This document shows, piece by piece, positions 28,753 through 37,318 of a DNA stretch of 64,000 nucleotides. Below the pieces are notes generated by a model that searched no databases, was not told where the DNA came from, and worked only from the letters and a program-made list of their open reading frames with translations. The translations under genes were made by a program, and so were the position numbers. The stretch lies in sequence record MW760841.1. The stretch is one strand, 5' to 3'. How positions within the stretch are numbered: the first letter of the stretch is position 1; each line of letters begins with the position of its first letter.

Positions 28753-29352
28753 ATGTCGAAACTGTACCGTATTGCCGTTATTGGTTCCCGTGAAACTGAC
28801 AACGACACCATGCACGAGATGTACATGACGTTGTTACGCGGTTTCAATGCCCTGCATCACCGCGGGTATGTTATTGAGTACACTTCCGGCGGTTGCTGGA
28901 AAGGCCCTGACCAACTCCAGTTCCGTTTTGCTCGCCAGTGGCGTACAACGTACGACCAGGACACCGGTAAACGAGTGGAGTGGGATGACAAGTTCATCTG
29001 TTATCTGCCGGATGATAAAAAGCTGTGGCTCAAGCAGCAGAACCCCAACGTAGAGTTCCGTGTCATCGCACAGGACGCACGCTACCGCAATATCGTCCGT
29101 GAGCTGCATGATTACCCCGACAAGCTGAAAGACTTCGCCTGGGCGCTTCACGGGCGTAATTTGAATATCATTATGGGTGACCAACTGGACACCCCGGTGG
29201 ATGCTGTCTATTACTCGGCACCATTGAATAAACGCGGGGAACCTACCGGCGGTACTGCTATGGGCGTTAAGTACGCCAAGCAGTGTGGTATTCCTTGTTA
29301 CAATCATGTCGATGATGGAGCGGCCTGGCTAGAGTCCCTGCGTTTATTATGA
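28753..29352 (+). CDS. SLOG-superfamily (DprA/YspA-like) nucleotide-binding protein
   Basis: IAVIGSRE, TSGGCWKGPD, GGTAMGVKYAKQCGIPCYN. Confidence 0.7.
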   Translation: MSKLYRIAVIGSRETDNDTMHEMYMTLLRGFNALHHRGYVIEYTSGGCWKGPDQLQFRFARQWRTTYDQDTGKRVEWDDKFICYLPDDKKLWLKQQNPNVEFRVIAQDARYRNIVRELHDYPDKLKDFAWALHGRNLNIIMGDQLDTPVDAVYYSAPLNKRGEPTGGTAMGVKYAKQCGIPCYNHVDDGAAWLESLRLL

Positions 29353-29383
29353 CCTGGCCTGCCGCTACACAGGAGCTGCCGCT

Positions 29384-29653
29384 ATGAAACAGAAACCTTT
29401 TGCTGTACGTCTGTTCGAATACTTTTTCCCGGATGAAGTGAAACCAAAGATTCCACGAATCCGCGAGTTCCACGGGGACGAGGATGCATTCTGGGAACAC
29501 ATGGAGAAGAACCATAAAGGTTGGACCCCGGTGTACCCTATCGAAGAGAACAAAGCCCGTGTGGTGCATTACCACAGCGAGGAGGGAGATCTGGTAGCCG
29601 TCTGTGTGCGCTGGCCAAATCGTAATTATTACTACACGGTGTCCGTGTACTGA
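29384..29653 (+). CDS. hypothetical protein
   Basis: 89 aa; AGGAG SD. Confidence 0.6.
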   Translation: MKQKPFAVRLFEYFFPDEVKPKIPRIREFHGDEDAFWEHMEKNHKGWTPVYPIEENKARVVHYHSEEGDLVAVCVRWPNRNYYYTVSVY

Positions 29654-29660
29654 GGTAGTC

Positions 29661-30014
29661 ATGCGCGTAAAAGGAACGTCTGACGGCAAACTGTCGTTCC
29701 TCTGTCCTGGTTGTGAGGTGCGACATACCGTCAACGTGAAGACGTCAAGCGGCCCTCAATGGCAGTGGAATGGAAATACGGATAAGCCTACGTTGTCTCC
29801 GTCGGTGCTGGTGCGCTCCGGGCATTATGTTGATGGGCACACCGGCGATTGCTGGTGCACCTATTTAGCGGAACATCCGGAAGAAGACCCAGCGGATGTC
29901 TTTACTTGTGGTGTATGCCATTCGTTTGTTCGGGACGGTCGGATTGAATTCTTATCTGACTGCACCCATGCATTAGCAGGGCAAACGGTAGACTTGCCGG
30001 AACTGGAGGAGTAA
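29661..30014 (+). CDS. DUF6527-like Cys/His (Zn-binding) protein
   Basis: FLCPGCEVRH, WQWNGNTDKPTLSPSVL, CHSFVRDGRIEFLSDCTHALAG; GAGG SD before ATG 29661. Confidence 0.7.
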   Translation: MRVKGTSDGKLSFLCPGCEVRHTVNVKTSSGPQWQWNGNTDKPTLSPSVLVRSGHYVDGHTGDCWCTYLAEHPEEDPADVFTCGVCHSFVRDGRIEFLSDCTHALAGQTVDLPELEE

Positions 30015-30016
30015 CC

Positions 30017-31183
30017 ATGTCGGCTGATTTTGATTTCAACACCCTGTGGGAGGACTTCGACACAGTTGTCGCGTTAGAGTCTCGCGGGCGTGGTATTGAA
30101 GACCCGATGGTGCGCTCTATCGCCCAGCGTTGGGGCGTGCTGCAAAGCATCGAGCAGGAATGGGACGAACAGGTGGCGCGTGAATCGCGGGCCATGATGG
30201 AACGTGCCCAGGTGATGGCGGATGCGGCGGTCGAAGGTAAAACAGCAACCCGTTTTGCCAAGAAGACCGTGAAGATTGCAGCCAAGGGTACAGCCGGTGC
30301 CACTAAGCTTGCCGCTAAAGGCACTGCGAAGGGCGCTAAGGCAATCGGTAAAGCCAGTGGTAAGGTGTCTGTTGCCTTGTCTGGTAAGATCAAAGAGTGG
30401 GCTGCCCACTATGGGCCGAAGTTCAAAGCCAAACTCCATGAGCTGGCAGAGAAGGCTCCATCCGTTGAGAAGAAACGTCAGAAGCTTGACCGTGCTCTCG
30501 ACGAGACCAAAGAGCTACCCGGCACTCCGATCAAAACCATGACCTGGGCATCCTGCGTCTGTTTGCTGGATAAGGTTGACCTGGATGCCTGTCTCTGGCT
30601 GGCAAACCATTCCGATGACCTCAACAACATGGTGAAATCATACACCGTGAAAGTACGGCAGATGGAAGGATTGCTGGTTGGGCGTTATCAGGAACAGGCA
30701 GACGGTACTTTGTCGAAGTTGGGCTATGGTTCCAACGCGGCCATTCACCGTGCATCTGGTTTGCTTGGTCGTTTCACACAGAACGATGTGAAGGCTCGTC
30801 CAATTGCTGGTAACGTCATTATCGTAAACCACGGTAAAGGCGTGAAAGAAAAGATTGAGTTCGGGATAGCCCGCGAAGCCAAGCTTGGTGCCACCATCGA
30901 CCCACTGACGCGTGACCAGTGTAAGAAAGCACTGAACGCGGTGAGTGAGTTGGTGAAGGCGATGGAAGCCCGTGGTGCGCGTCATGGGGTGTTCAGCTAT
31001 ACCGGTATCTATCACGAGATGGAAGAGATGCAGAAGAACATGGAAGACATGGAGGGTGATGAACTCCGTGCGGCCATGCTGCTCTACAAAAACTCGATGG
31101 CACTGGAAGATGCGTTCACCACGGCCATGGCGCGTGTTAGCGATGGTCTGCTCAACTGGGTCGCGGCCAGCCTCAAAGGCTAA
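30017..31183 (+). CDS. probable internal head (ejection-type) protein
   Basis: N-terminal acidic propeptide with A-L-E-S site typical of phiKZ-like prohead protease substrates; Ala/Lys-rich segment. Confidence 0.6.
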   Translation: MSADFDFNTLWEDFDTVVALESRGRGIEDPMVRSIAQRWGVLQSIEQEWDEQVARESRAMMERAQVMADAAVEGKTATRFAKKTVKIAAKGTAGATKLAAKGTAKGAKAIGKASGKVSVALSGKIKEWAAHYGPKFKAKLHELAEKAPSVEKKRQKLDRALDETKELPGTPIKTMTWASCVCLLDKVDLDACLWLANHSDDLNNMVKSYTVKVRQMEGLLVGRYQEQADGTLSKLGYGSNAAIHRASGLLGRFTQNDVKARPIAGNVIIVNHGKGVKEKIEFGIAREAKLGATIDPLTRDQCKKALNAVSELVKAMEARGARHGVFSYTGIYHEMEEMQKNMEDMEGDELRAAMLLYKNSMALEDAFTTAMARVSDGLLNWVAASLKG

Positions 31184-31192
31184 GGAGTCGAG

Positions 31193-31660
31193 ATGGATGT
31201 AAAGCTCATTTTGAAACCTGACTCCCGTCTCGGTAAACTCTACTACAACAGTCTGTTACAATTACACAACGATTTGTACGCTGACCAGCGTGCCAAGCTC
31301 AGCGACCTCACTGGTCGTGATGGGTTTGGGGGTGCAGATTCCTTAGACGGGATTTGGACGCCGCTCGATGTGATGGCGGTCGCCTTAGATGAGAAGCAAG
31401 AAGCCGTGGGTTTCTTGTCCTTCGCCATCAGCGGCAAGAACGCGCAGAAATGGTTATGGATTCACAACTTCTTCGTCAGTGACAGTCAACGCGGTAAAGG
31501 CGTCGGCTCGATGTTGATGGATACGGTACGGGACTATGGCAAACAGAAAGGCTGTCGCTTTATGCAGCTGACTGTGCTCGATAACAACGAGGCGGCCTTG
31601 TCCATGTACCAGCGGTTGGGTTTCCGAACTGAAATGCAGGATATGGTTAAGGAGTTGTGA
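31193..31660 (+). CDS. GNAT-family acetyltransferase
   Basis: FFVSDSQRGKGVGSMLM; NEAALSMYQRLGF. Confidence 0.9.
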   Translation: MDVKLILKPDSRLGKLYYNSLLQLHNDLYADQRAKLSDLTGRDGFGGADSLDGIWTPLDVMAVALDEKQEAVGFLSFAISGKNAQKWLWIHNFFVSDSQRGKGVGSMLMDTVRDYGKQKGCRFMQLTVLDNNEAALSMYQRLGFRTEMQDMVKEL

Positions 31661-31661
31661 T

Positions 31662-32309
31662 ATGGCGTCAGTTCGTAGCGTACCGCATTCGACCGGTTCG
31701 CGATTTACTTTTGCAGTGAAACGTTTCGGCTTCGTCCGGAGACCGGGTTGGAAAGTGGTGCGTGTGGCTGGCACCTTTTGGCAACTTCCCCCAGGTATTG
31801 AAAAGTACCTGACCATCGAACAAATCCAAACCTTTGTAAAGGGCATGGACAGCAGTCAGAAGTACAGCTTCGGTTCTGCCGTCTTAGCGCGTAGTAAGAG
31901 CAAGACGACCAATGCCACCGAGCGTGGTGTGTATTGGACGGGACAGAAAGCGTTCCAGGTTGACATGGAATGTGCCAAGTGCGTGGTGACGCCGTTCAAT
32001 GAAGAGATTGACGGCGATATCATGACCGGGATTCATATCCAGTTCCCGGATTCACCAGAAGACGATTACGTACTCGGTACCGTCAAAGACGTCACCATTG
32101 CGACGTTGTATAAATATCTTCTGTTCTATAATCGCCATGTCTATTGGCACAATGTCCAGGATGCAGGTTACAATCGTATGAACCTGCCTTACGGGCGGAA
32201 TAGGAGACTACTGGGATGTTCTATTCTGAACTTGAAAAATACACCGCCATCTTGCGAGATGCCCCCACCAAGCACGACGCCTCCTTCACAGATGTCGTTA
32301 GCGCTTTAA
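31662..32309 (+). CDS. hypothetical protein
   Basis: 215 aa; last ~30 aa overlap next ORF. Confidence 0.55.
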   Translation: MASVRSVPHSTGSRFTFAVKRFGFVRRPGWKVVRVAGTFWQLPPGIEKYLTIEQIQTFVKGMDSSQKYSFGSAVLARSKSKTTNATERGVYWTGQKAFQVDMECAKCVVTPFNEEIDGDIMTGIHIQFPDSPEDDYVLGTVKDVTIATLYKYLLFYNRHVYWHNVQDAGYNRMNLPYGRNRRLLGCSILNLKNTPPSCEMPPPSTTPPSQMSLAL

Positions 32310-32584
32310 GTGGCATTCCTGACCTGAGAGTTGACGTGCATTACGACAACGTTCAGGGGGACGCGATGTTAGCGAACCTGACCTTCACGAACAAGCATGG
32401 GTCGATTGAACTGCGCTATCGCTATAACACGCATTATTTCCTCACCTTAATGTGTTACGTTAAACACGATGGCCACACCTATCCTGTGAGATGGTGGGAC
32501 GACAAATCGAGGTTCAAGTATGCGTTGGCTGAACACAGTCACACCGTACATGACTTTATGCGAGCCGTAGGTAACGGTTTCTAA
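32216..32584 (+). CDS. hypothetical protein
   Basis: AGGAG SD before ATG 32216. Confidence 0.6.
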   Translation: MFYSELEKYTAILRDAPTKHDASFTDVVSALSGIPDLRVDVHYDNVQGDAMLANLTFTNKHGSIELRYRYNTHYFLTLMCYVKHDGHTYPVRWWDDKSRFKYALAEHSHTVHDFMRAVGNGF

Positions 32585-32588
32585 GAGA

Positions 32589-33197
32589 GTGAGAAAAATG
32601 CCTGAGATGATTTTGGATTCTCTGTTTTTGATCACCAATGCGTACATCGACAAGCACAAGAAGCTGCCGATTCGGGTTTGCGTTCGCCGTAAAGGGGTGA
32701 GCCGCCTGTATCACATTGCGACTGTTCTGGAGATTGCGTGTAAGGTGACCGGGATGGCCAAACCCAAATCCCTGAACAACTTTAAGCACGTCCGTGGGAT
32801 TCTCCACAAAGCAGTGTGTGTGATGCACCGCCATCGTCGTCAGTCGCCGTATCGTTTCCTGTTAAAGGACGGTGTGGATGCCACTGATTACCGTGATAAC
32901 CTGGTTGACCTGCGCGATGCGTTCTGTAACGTCGCTGGCTTAGCCCGTGAACGTCTGGTGTCGGTTGCACAAGGTAACACGCGTGCACCTACGCAACAAG
33001 AAGCCGAAGCCGCTATCGAAATGATGAAACGTGCTGAGCTGGTAGTCGTGAATGACGAGAAGGAAGCTTTCCGTCTGCAACACTACCTGGCTGAGCGTGC
33101 GTTGACTCCGCTGGTTGTCCATGCGGAAGTGGCAGCACCCCTGAACCAACCGGTAACGGAAGGTGAATGGTCAGAGCCCACGGTTGCGCACCAATAA
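32589..33197 (+). CDS. hypothetical protein
   Basis: 202 aa, basic; alternative ATG at 32598. Confidence 0.65.
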   Translation: MRKMPEMILDSLFLITNAYIDKHKKLPIRVCVRRKGVSRLYHIATVLEIACKVTGMAKPKSLNNFKHVRGILHKAVCVMHRHRRQSPYRFLLKDGVDATDYRDNLVDLRDAFCNVAGLARERLVSVAQGNTRAPTQQEAEAAIEMMKRAELVVVNDEKEAFRLQHYLAERALTPLVVHAEVAAPLNQPVTEGEWSEPTVAHQ

Positions 33198-33201
33198 GTA
33201 T

Positions 33202-33260
33202 CCCACCCTTCGGGGTGGGTGTACTCTATATTTTTTTGGATAGATATTACTTAGGTGAGA
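33202..33260 (+). terminator. terminator immediately followed by early promoter
   Basis: CCCACCC-TTCG-GGGTGGG plus T tract; GGATAGATATTACTTAGGTGAGA 33238-33260. Confidence 0.7.
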
Positions 33261-33301
33261 ATACAATCTATTCTTTTACCCTAGCCTATCAAGGAACATT
33301 T

Positions 33302-33625
33302 ATGGACATTCATCTGTACAGCAGCATCAGTAGTTTCTTCCGTAATCACCAGGACACTGACAAGTACCAAGACTGTTTATCAGAATGGGACTACGTGACC
33401 CAAGACGCTAACTTCTGGGCCAAGTACATGGCCATTACAGAAGGGGAAGAAGTTATCGCGGCATGCCATGTTATTCTTGGCGACGACAGCGAGCGCACGG
33501 TAACGACAATATTAGTTACCTACGAAGGTAATCTGGATGACTTCAAAGAACATGTCATTGCATATTTGGATGAACTGTACCATCCAACACTTATCGAATT
33601 CGAAGCGGCTGACGAGTGTCTCTAG
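33302..33625 (+). CDS. small acidic early protein
   Basis: 107 aa; CTATCAAGGA RBS; about 23 D/E vs 5 K/R (hand count). Confidence 0.7.
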   Translation: MDIHLYSSISSFFRNHQDTDKYQDCLSEWDYVTQDANFWAKYMAITEGEEVIAACHVILGDDSERTVTTILVTYEGNLDDFKEHVIAYLDELYHPTLIEFEAADECL

Positions 33626-33652
33626 TTTTTTACGTCACCGCTAAGTGGTATG
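33626..33652 (+). promoter_or_regulatory. putative nvRNAP-type promoter
   Basis: TTTTTTACG-TCACCGCTAAGTGG-TATG. Confidence 0.6.
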
Positions 33653-33700
33653 CCGTAGTGCGTCGGTTAAAACGCACCAACTTAACTAAGAGAGAAACCT

Positions 33701-34525
33701 ATGTCCTTAAATCTGACCGAAATCACCAAAACCCCATTCGTCACTATCCCTACCGATGACGGTAAGTATCAGTTTATCTTCTTCCGCAACGGCGAGGATT
33801 GTACAGCGAAGGGTCTACCGAGACACATCAGCCATCGTCTGGTGAATGCGGAGACCGGGGCTACATTGGTGGGTGGTAACATGTTCCCAGTACCGTCAAG
33901 TTGGGAGCTTCCTGATTTACAGGCCAAAATGCTCAAAGTGTTACGCGATGCTTCTGCGCGAATGTTCTTCAAGACTGTCGCTCGGAAAGTAGACTTGTGG
34001 ACGCCTTGGGAATACCATGACCATGACGCTTTGCGTGAACACGCGCCGCGTTACGTGTATATGGAAGAAGTTATTCGTCGTTTCTACAAAGAGGTTTTAG
34101 GTAAAGAATATGTTCGACGTACCCCGCAGGAGGGTGAGAGTTTCTTCCATCGGGTGAAGTGTACAGAGAACATTCGTGGCAGTTATAAGGACTACACCAT
34201 TCACGTCCACCGTGAACTGGAGTTGTTCTGCCCGAGCAGTAATTTGGTTAACCTCCGTGGTATGTATGTATCGTGCGAGTTCGCGGCACCGTTCTTGGTC
34301 GGTAGTAAAGATCGCAACGCCAACCAACTCTCGATGCGCTTTGAGTACCCGATTGATAAATGGCCGGGTCTGAAAGCCTTCCTTGCTGAGCCACGCGTCG
34401 AAGCGGTGCTTGATGCTTGGATTGCCGCAGCGTGGAGCGAAGAACAACGCGTCCAGGCAAAGAACCCTAACGCTCGTGAATCACCGAATGCGGTCTTCAT
34501 GGCGAAAGAGGTTTCGGAAGGGTAA
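33701..34525 (+). CDS. hypothetical protein (paralogue of next gene)
   Basis: 274 aa; shares C-terminal YP-x3-WP-x2-KAF motif with next gene. Confidence 0.7.
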   Translation: MSLNLTEITKTPFVTIPTDDGKYQFIFFRNGEDCTAKGLPRHISHRLVNAETGATLVGGNMFPVPSSWELPDLQAKMLKVLRDASARMFFKTVARKVDLWTPWEYHDHDALREHAPRYVYMEEVIRRFYKEVLGKEYVRRTPQEGESFFHRVKCTENIRGSYKDYTIHVHRELELFCPSSNLVNLRGMYVSCEFAAPFLVGSKDRNANQLSMRFEYPIDKWPGLKAFLAEPRVEAVLDAWIAAAWSEEQRVQAKNPNARESPNAVFMAKEVSEG

Positions 34526-34532
34526 TTAATAC

Positions 34533-34567
34533 CAGGCATCCTTCGGGGTGCCTGTTTTGATTTTTTT
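34533..34567 (+). terminator. intrinsic terminator
   Basis: CAGGCATCC-TTCG-GGGTGCCTG plus T tract. Confidence 0.75.
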
Positions 34568-34619
34568 AACTCCGATGTGTGCCGGATAAAGCACACCCAA
34601 CCTATCAAGGTAAATAAAG

Positions 34620-35372
34620 ATGATTCCGAAGAAGCACCACATCAATCTCGAGAAGTCCATTAACGAACCTATCGGGGGACTACAAACCAACCCGTATCTC
34701 GAAGAAGTCGGGGTATTTGATAACCCCGACGCCGTGTACAGCATTCATTTCTTTAGAGACGTTGAGACGAAGTACAGCGCAAAGGGTGTGGTCGTTCTTA
34801 AAGAGACCAAGAACATCTGCCGTGTCCTGCCGAGTATGGCGGATATGGTGAAGGTGAAGGGCAAGATGGTGTGGAAACCAGAGAGCTTTTATTATCCGAT
34901 GTACATCTTACTGGGCGAGATAGCGTTCAAGCGCTGGTTGGGCAAACCCGATGTCCGGGAAGCATTAGCGATAAATGATGAGCAGTTCATCAAAGATGTT
35001 GATGCGCTATGGCACAGCTTACTGGTGCATTACAAAGCGGCGTGTGCGGTAGTGCGTCCTAACCGCCGTGGTTTGTGGGATTATGAAATACTAACCTGGG
35101 GCACGAATATTCGCTTCCAGTACGACGGGAAAGAACGTCGCGGGCACCGCAAGCTGACGTACAGGTTCTCTAAAGACCCCCGTAAACCGAACCGGGTTGA
35201 AGTGGAGTACCGTTTCGATGTTAACAAGCGCGACACCGACCTCCCAACGCTGACCCTCCGCCGCAAGTACCCGCTAGAGAGTTGGCCAAACACCAAAGCC
35301 TTTGTCACTAACCCGAAGAATATGCGTTACCTGGATATTCTGTACGAAGAAGCGGCAGAGGCCAACAAATAA
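34620..35372 (+). CDS. hypothetical protein
   Basis: 250 aa; CTATCAAGG upstream. Confidence 0.7.
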   Translation: MIPKKHHINLEKSINEPIGGLQTNPYLEEVGVFDNPDAVYSIHFFRDVETKYSAKGVVVLKETKNICRVLPSMADMVKVKGKMVWKPESFYYPMYILLGEIAFKRWLGKPDVREALAINDEQFIKDVDALWHSLLVHYKAACAVVRPNRRGLWDYEILTWGTNIRFQYDGKERRGHRKLTYRFSKDPRKPNRVEVEYRFDVNKRDTDLPTLTLRRKYPLESWPNTKAFVTNPKNMRYLDILYEEAAEANK

Positions 35373-35374
35373 AC

Positions 35375-35432
35375 GAGGTGCCCTTCGGGGCACTTCTTTT
35401 TTTTTTGTTTTACGGGAGTTGCTCATTATGTG
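35375..35432 (+). terminator. terminator followed by ACG-N14-TGTG promoter
   Basis: GAGGTGCCC-TTCG-GGGCACTTC plus long T run; ACG 35412-35414. Confidence 0.75.
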
Positions 35433-35466
35433 AACACACTTGCTAATTTGAAATGGGGATAGAACA

Positions 35467-36132
35467 ATGACGATTACCGTGGCTTTTGATGGCCCGGATT
35501 ATTCCGGCAAATCCACTACCGTCGCGAAGGTTGCGAAGATTCTGGAGGGGCTGGGTCTGCGTGTGGGGATTGCTAACCATCCGCAGGCATTGACAGAGAC
35601 GGGGCGTTATGCTCGTCTACAATTGGTGACGGGTAAGTCGAATGATATCGTCGCTCGTGCCATGTGTCAGGATTTTGAATACACACTGCACAACCTGGTA
35701 CCGATGTATGACGTGGTGCTGTGTGACCGCTGGGCACCAGTGACCATTGCTAACCAGGGGGATGAAGGGAAGGAAGAAGTGTTCCGTTCGGGCATCTGCA
35801 ATATGCCAGGCGCACCTTCCATCTACGTCTCCATGGATGTCGGCTTTAAGACCGCTCAGGAACGCAACAGGAAGCGTCTGGAAGAGAAAGGACAGGACTG
35901 GGATGAATCGGTCAGTGCGAAGATGTTCATCTCTCCAGAAGCCTGGGAAGCGGCCTGTGCACGCTATCGTTACGCGTTCCAGATCCTGACCGAAGGCGGC
36001 AACAAGTTCCAGTGGATTCAGCTGGACGAGCAGTCTTCTGAGTTCGCAGCGTTAGACGTGGCAGCAAAGATTACACATGCCTATGCGATGCAGTTAAAAG
36101 AACGTAACCCTACGGCTACGATGATCGCCTAA
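35467..36132 (+). CDS. tmk: thymidylate kinase (dTMP kinase)
   Basis: P-loop AFDGPDYSGKST; VLCDRW motif. Confidence 0.85.
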   Translation: MTITVAFDGPDYSGKSTTVAKVAKILEGLGLRVGIANHPQALTETGRYARLQLVTGKSNDIVARAMCQDFEYTLHNLVPMYDVVLCDRWAPVTIANQGDEGKEEVFRSGICNMPGAPSIYVSMDVGFKTAQERNRKRLEEKGQDWDESVSAKMFISPEAWEAACARYRYAFQILTEGGNKFQWIQLDEQSSEFAALDVAAKITHAYAMQLKERNPTATMIA

Positions 36133-36138
36133 GCAGTG

Positions 36139-36235
36139 CCCCTTACCTTCGGGTAAGGGGTTGCTTATTTTTTACGTTACCGCCCCCTCCTATGCTCTAA
36201 ATAATCTCAGATAGATATTATTTAGGTGACATTAG
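36139..36235 (+). promoter_or_regulatory. terminator plus tandem promoters
   Basis: CCCCTTACC-TTCG-GGTAAGGGG; TTTACG-N14-TATG (36174-36194); CAGATAGATATTATTTAGGTGAC (36208-36230). Confidence 0.65.
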
Positions 36236-36241
36236 AAATTA

Positions 36242-36517
36242 ATGTTGGAAATTATAACTATAACAAAGGAGTTCGCTATGAACAGACAAGACGTAAAAAT
36301 CACATTGAAGAAGTTAAACTGGATTAATAGATTCACCTCACGCCTACTTGCACTTCATGGTATCAAGCCAGAAGACTTGGGACTATCCCGAGCAGACTTG
36401 ATGAAGTATGCAGGTGAGGAACGTGACATTGATGAGCTTATTAAGAAGTTGATGGAGGAGTTCGACGCAACGTCCGCACCACCATCAACTCCTGCACCAC
36501 GTAAACCTAAAATGTAA
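36242..36517 (+). CDS. small hypothetical protein
   Basis: AAGGAG precedes alternative ATG at 36278 (MNRQDVK). Confidence 0.6.
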   Translation: MLEIITITKEFAMNRQDVKITLKKLNWINRFTSRLLALHGIKPEDLGLSRADLMKYAGEERDIDELIKKLMEEFDATSAPPSTPAPRKPKM

Positions 36518-36523
36518 ACCCCA

Positions 36524-36556
36524 GGCACTACTCTTTCGGGGGTAGTGCCTTCTTTT
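36524..36556 (+). terminator. intrinsic terminator
   Basis: GGCACTACTCT-TTCG-GGGGTAGTGCC plus short T tract. Confidence 0.65.
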
Positions 36557-36577
36557 GATTATCAAGGAGTATCTATC

Positions 36578-36931
36578 ATGCGTTACCAACACGTTGCTAC
36601 CCGTGCGGCCAAAGAAACTTTCATGACCCACTTGTCCTTCATCATTGAAGAACTGAATACCAAAACTACACAGCGCGAATTAGCCCAGCTGTGTCAGGTC
36701 TCCGTCTCGACCATCGGAGCCATTAAGAACGGCCACAGCAAGAACGTTTCCTTCGAAACTATTCTGCGTGTCGCCGATGCTATCCGCCTGACTTACGAAG
36801 TGGTGTTGTCTTCGAAGTTCGGCAAAGCTCGTTACACCGTGAAGTGCGAAGCGGGCTACGAGTACATGAAGGCCGCTCGTGTTAAAGTCACTGAGCAGGG
36901 TCGTATTGTTCAAGCTAGAATGAGAGGATAA
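36578..36931 (+). CDS. XRE-family helix-turn-helix protein
   Basis: TQRELAQLCQVSVSTIGAIKNGHSKNVSFETILRVADAI. Confidence 0.8.
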   Translation: MRYQHVATRAAKETFMTHLSFIIEELNTKTTQRELAQLCQVSVSTIGAIKNGHSKNVSFETILRVADAIRLTYEVVLSSKFGKARYTVKCEAGYEYMKAARVKVTEQGRIVQARMRG

Positions 36932-36934
36932 ACC

Positions 36935-37309
36935 ATGAAGCCGATTTACTACCACGGGGCATATAAGACCCCAGTAATCATTCACGGCGATAACCACTGC
37001 AAGCACCAACACAAAGGCGGCTGGTCACAACGCACGGTTACCCAAATCATGAACGGTAAGGCTGAGACACACCATCTCTGTCGTAACTGTAATGATGCCT
37101 TATTGCAAGAACTCTATGGCACTCCGGTCGCCTGTGGGGACTGCGGTAAGATGATGGCTAAACGTGACGCTATTCCCTGGTCGTCCTACGGACACAATCC
37201 AGCTGACCCGCAGATGCATCTGTGCAGCGACTGCATTCACGAACCAACCCATTTCACCCGCATCGAACGTGACCGTGAAACATTCATGGCACAATTCGAA
37301 GCAAAATAA
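36935..37309 (+). CDS. Cys/His-rich putative zinc-binding protein
   Basis: HCKH, LCRNC, ACGDC, LCSDC pairs. Confidence 0.65.
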   Translation: MKPIYYHGAYKTPVIIHGDNHCKHQHKGGWSQRTVTQIMNGKAETHHLCRNCNDALLQELYGTPVACGDCGKMMAKRDAIPWSSYGHNPADPQMHLCSDCIHEPTHFTRIERDRETFMAQFEAK

Positions 37310-37318
37310 TCCATCCCA

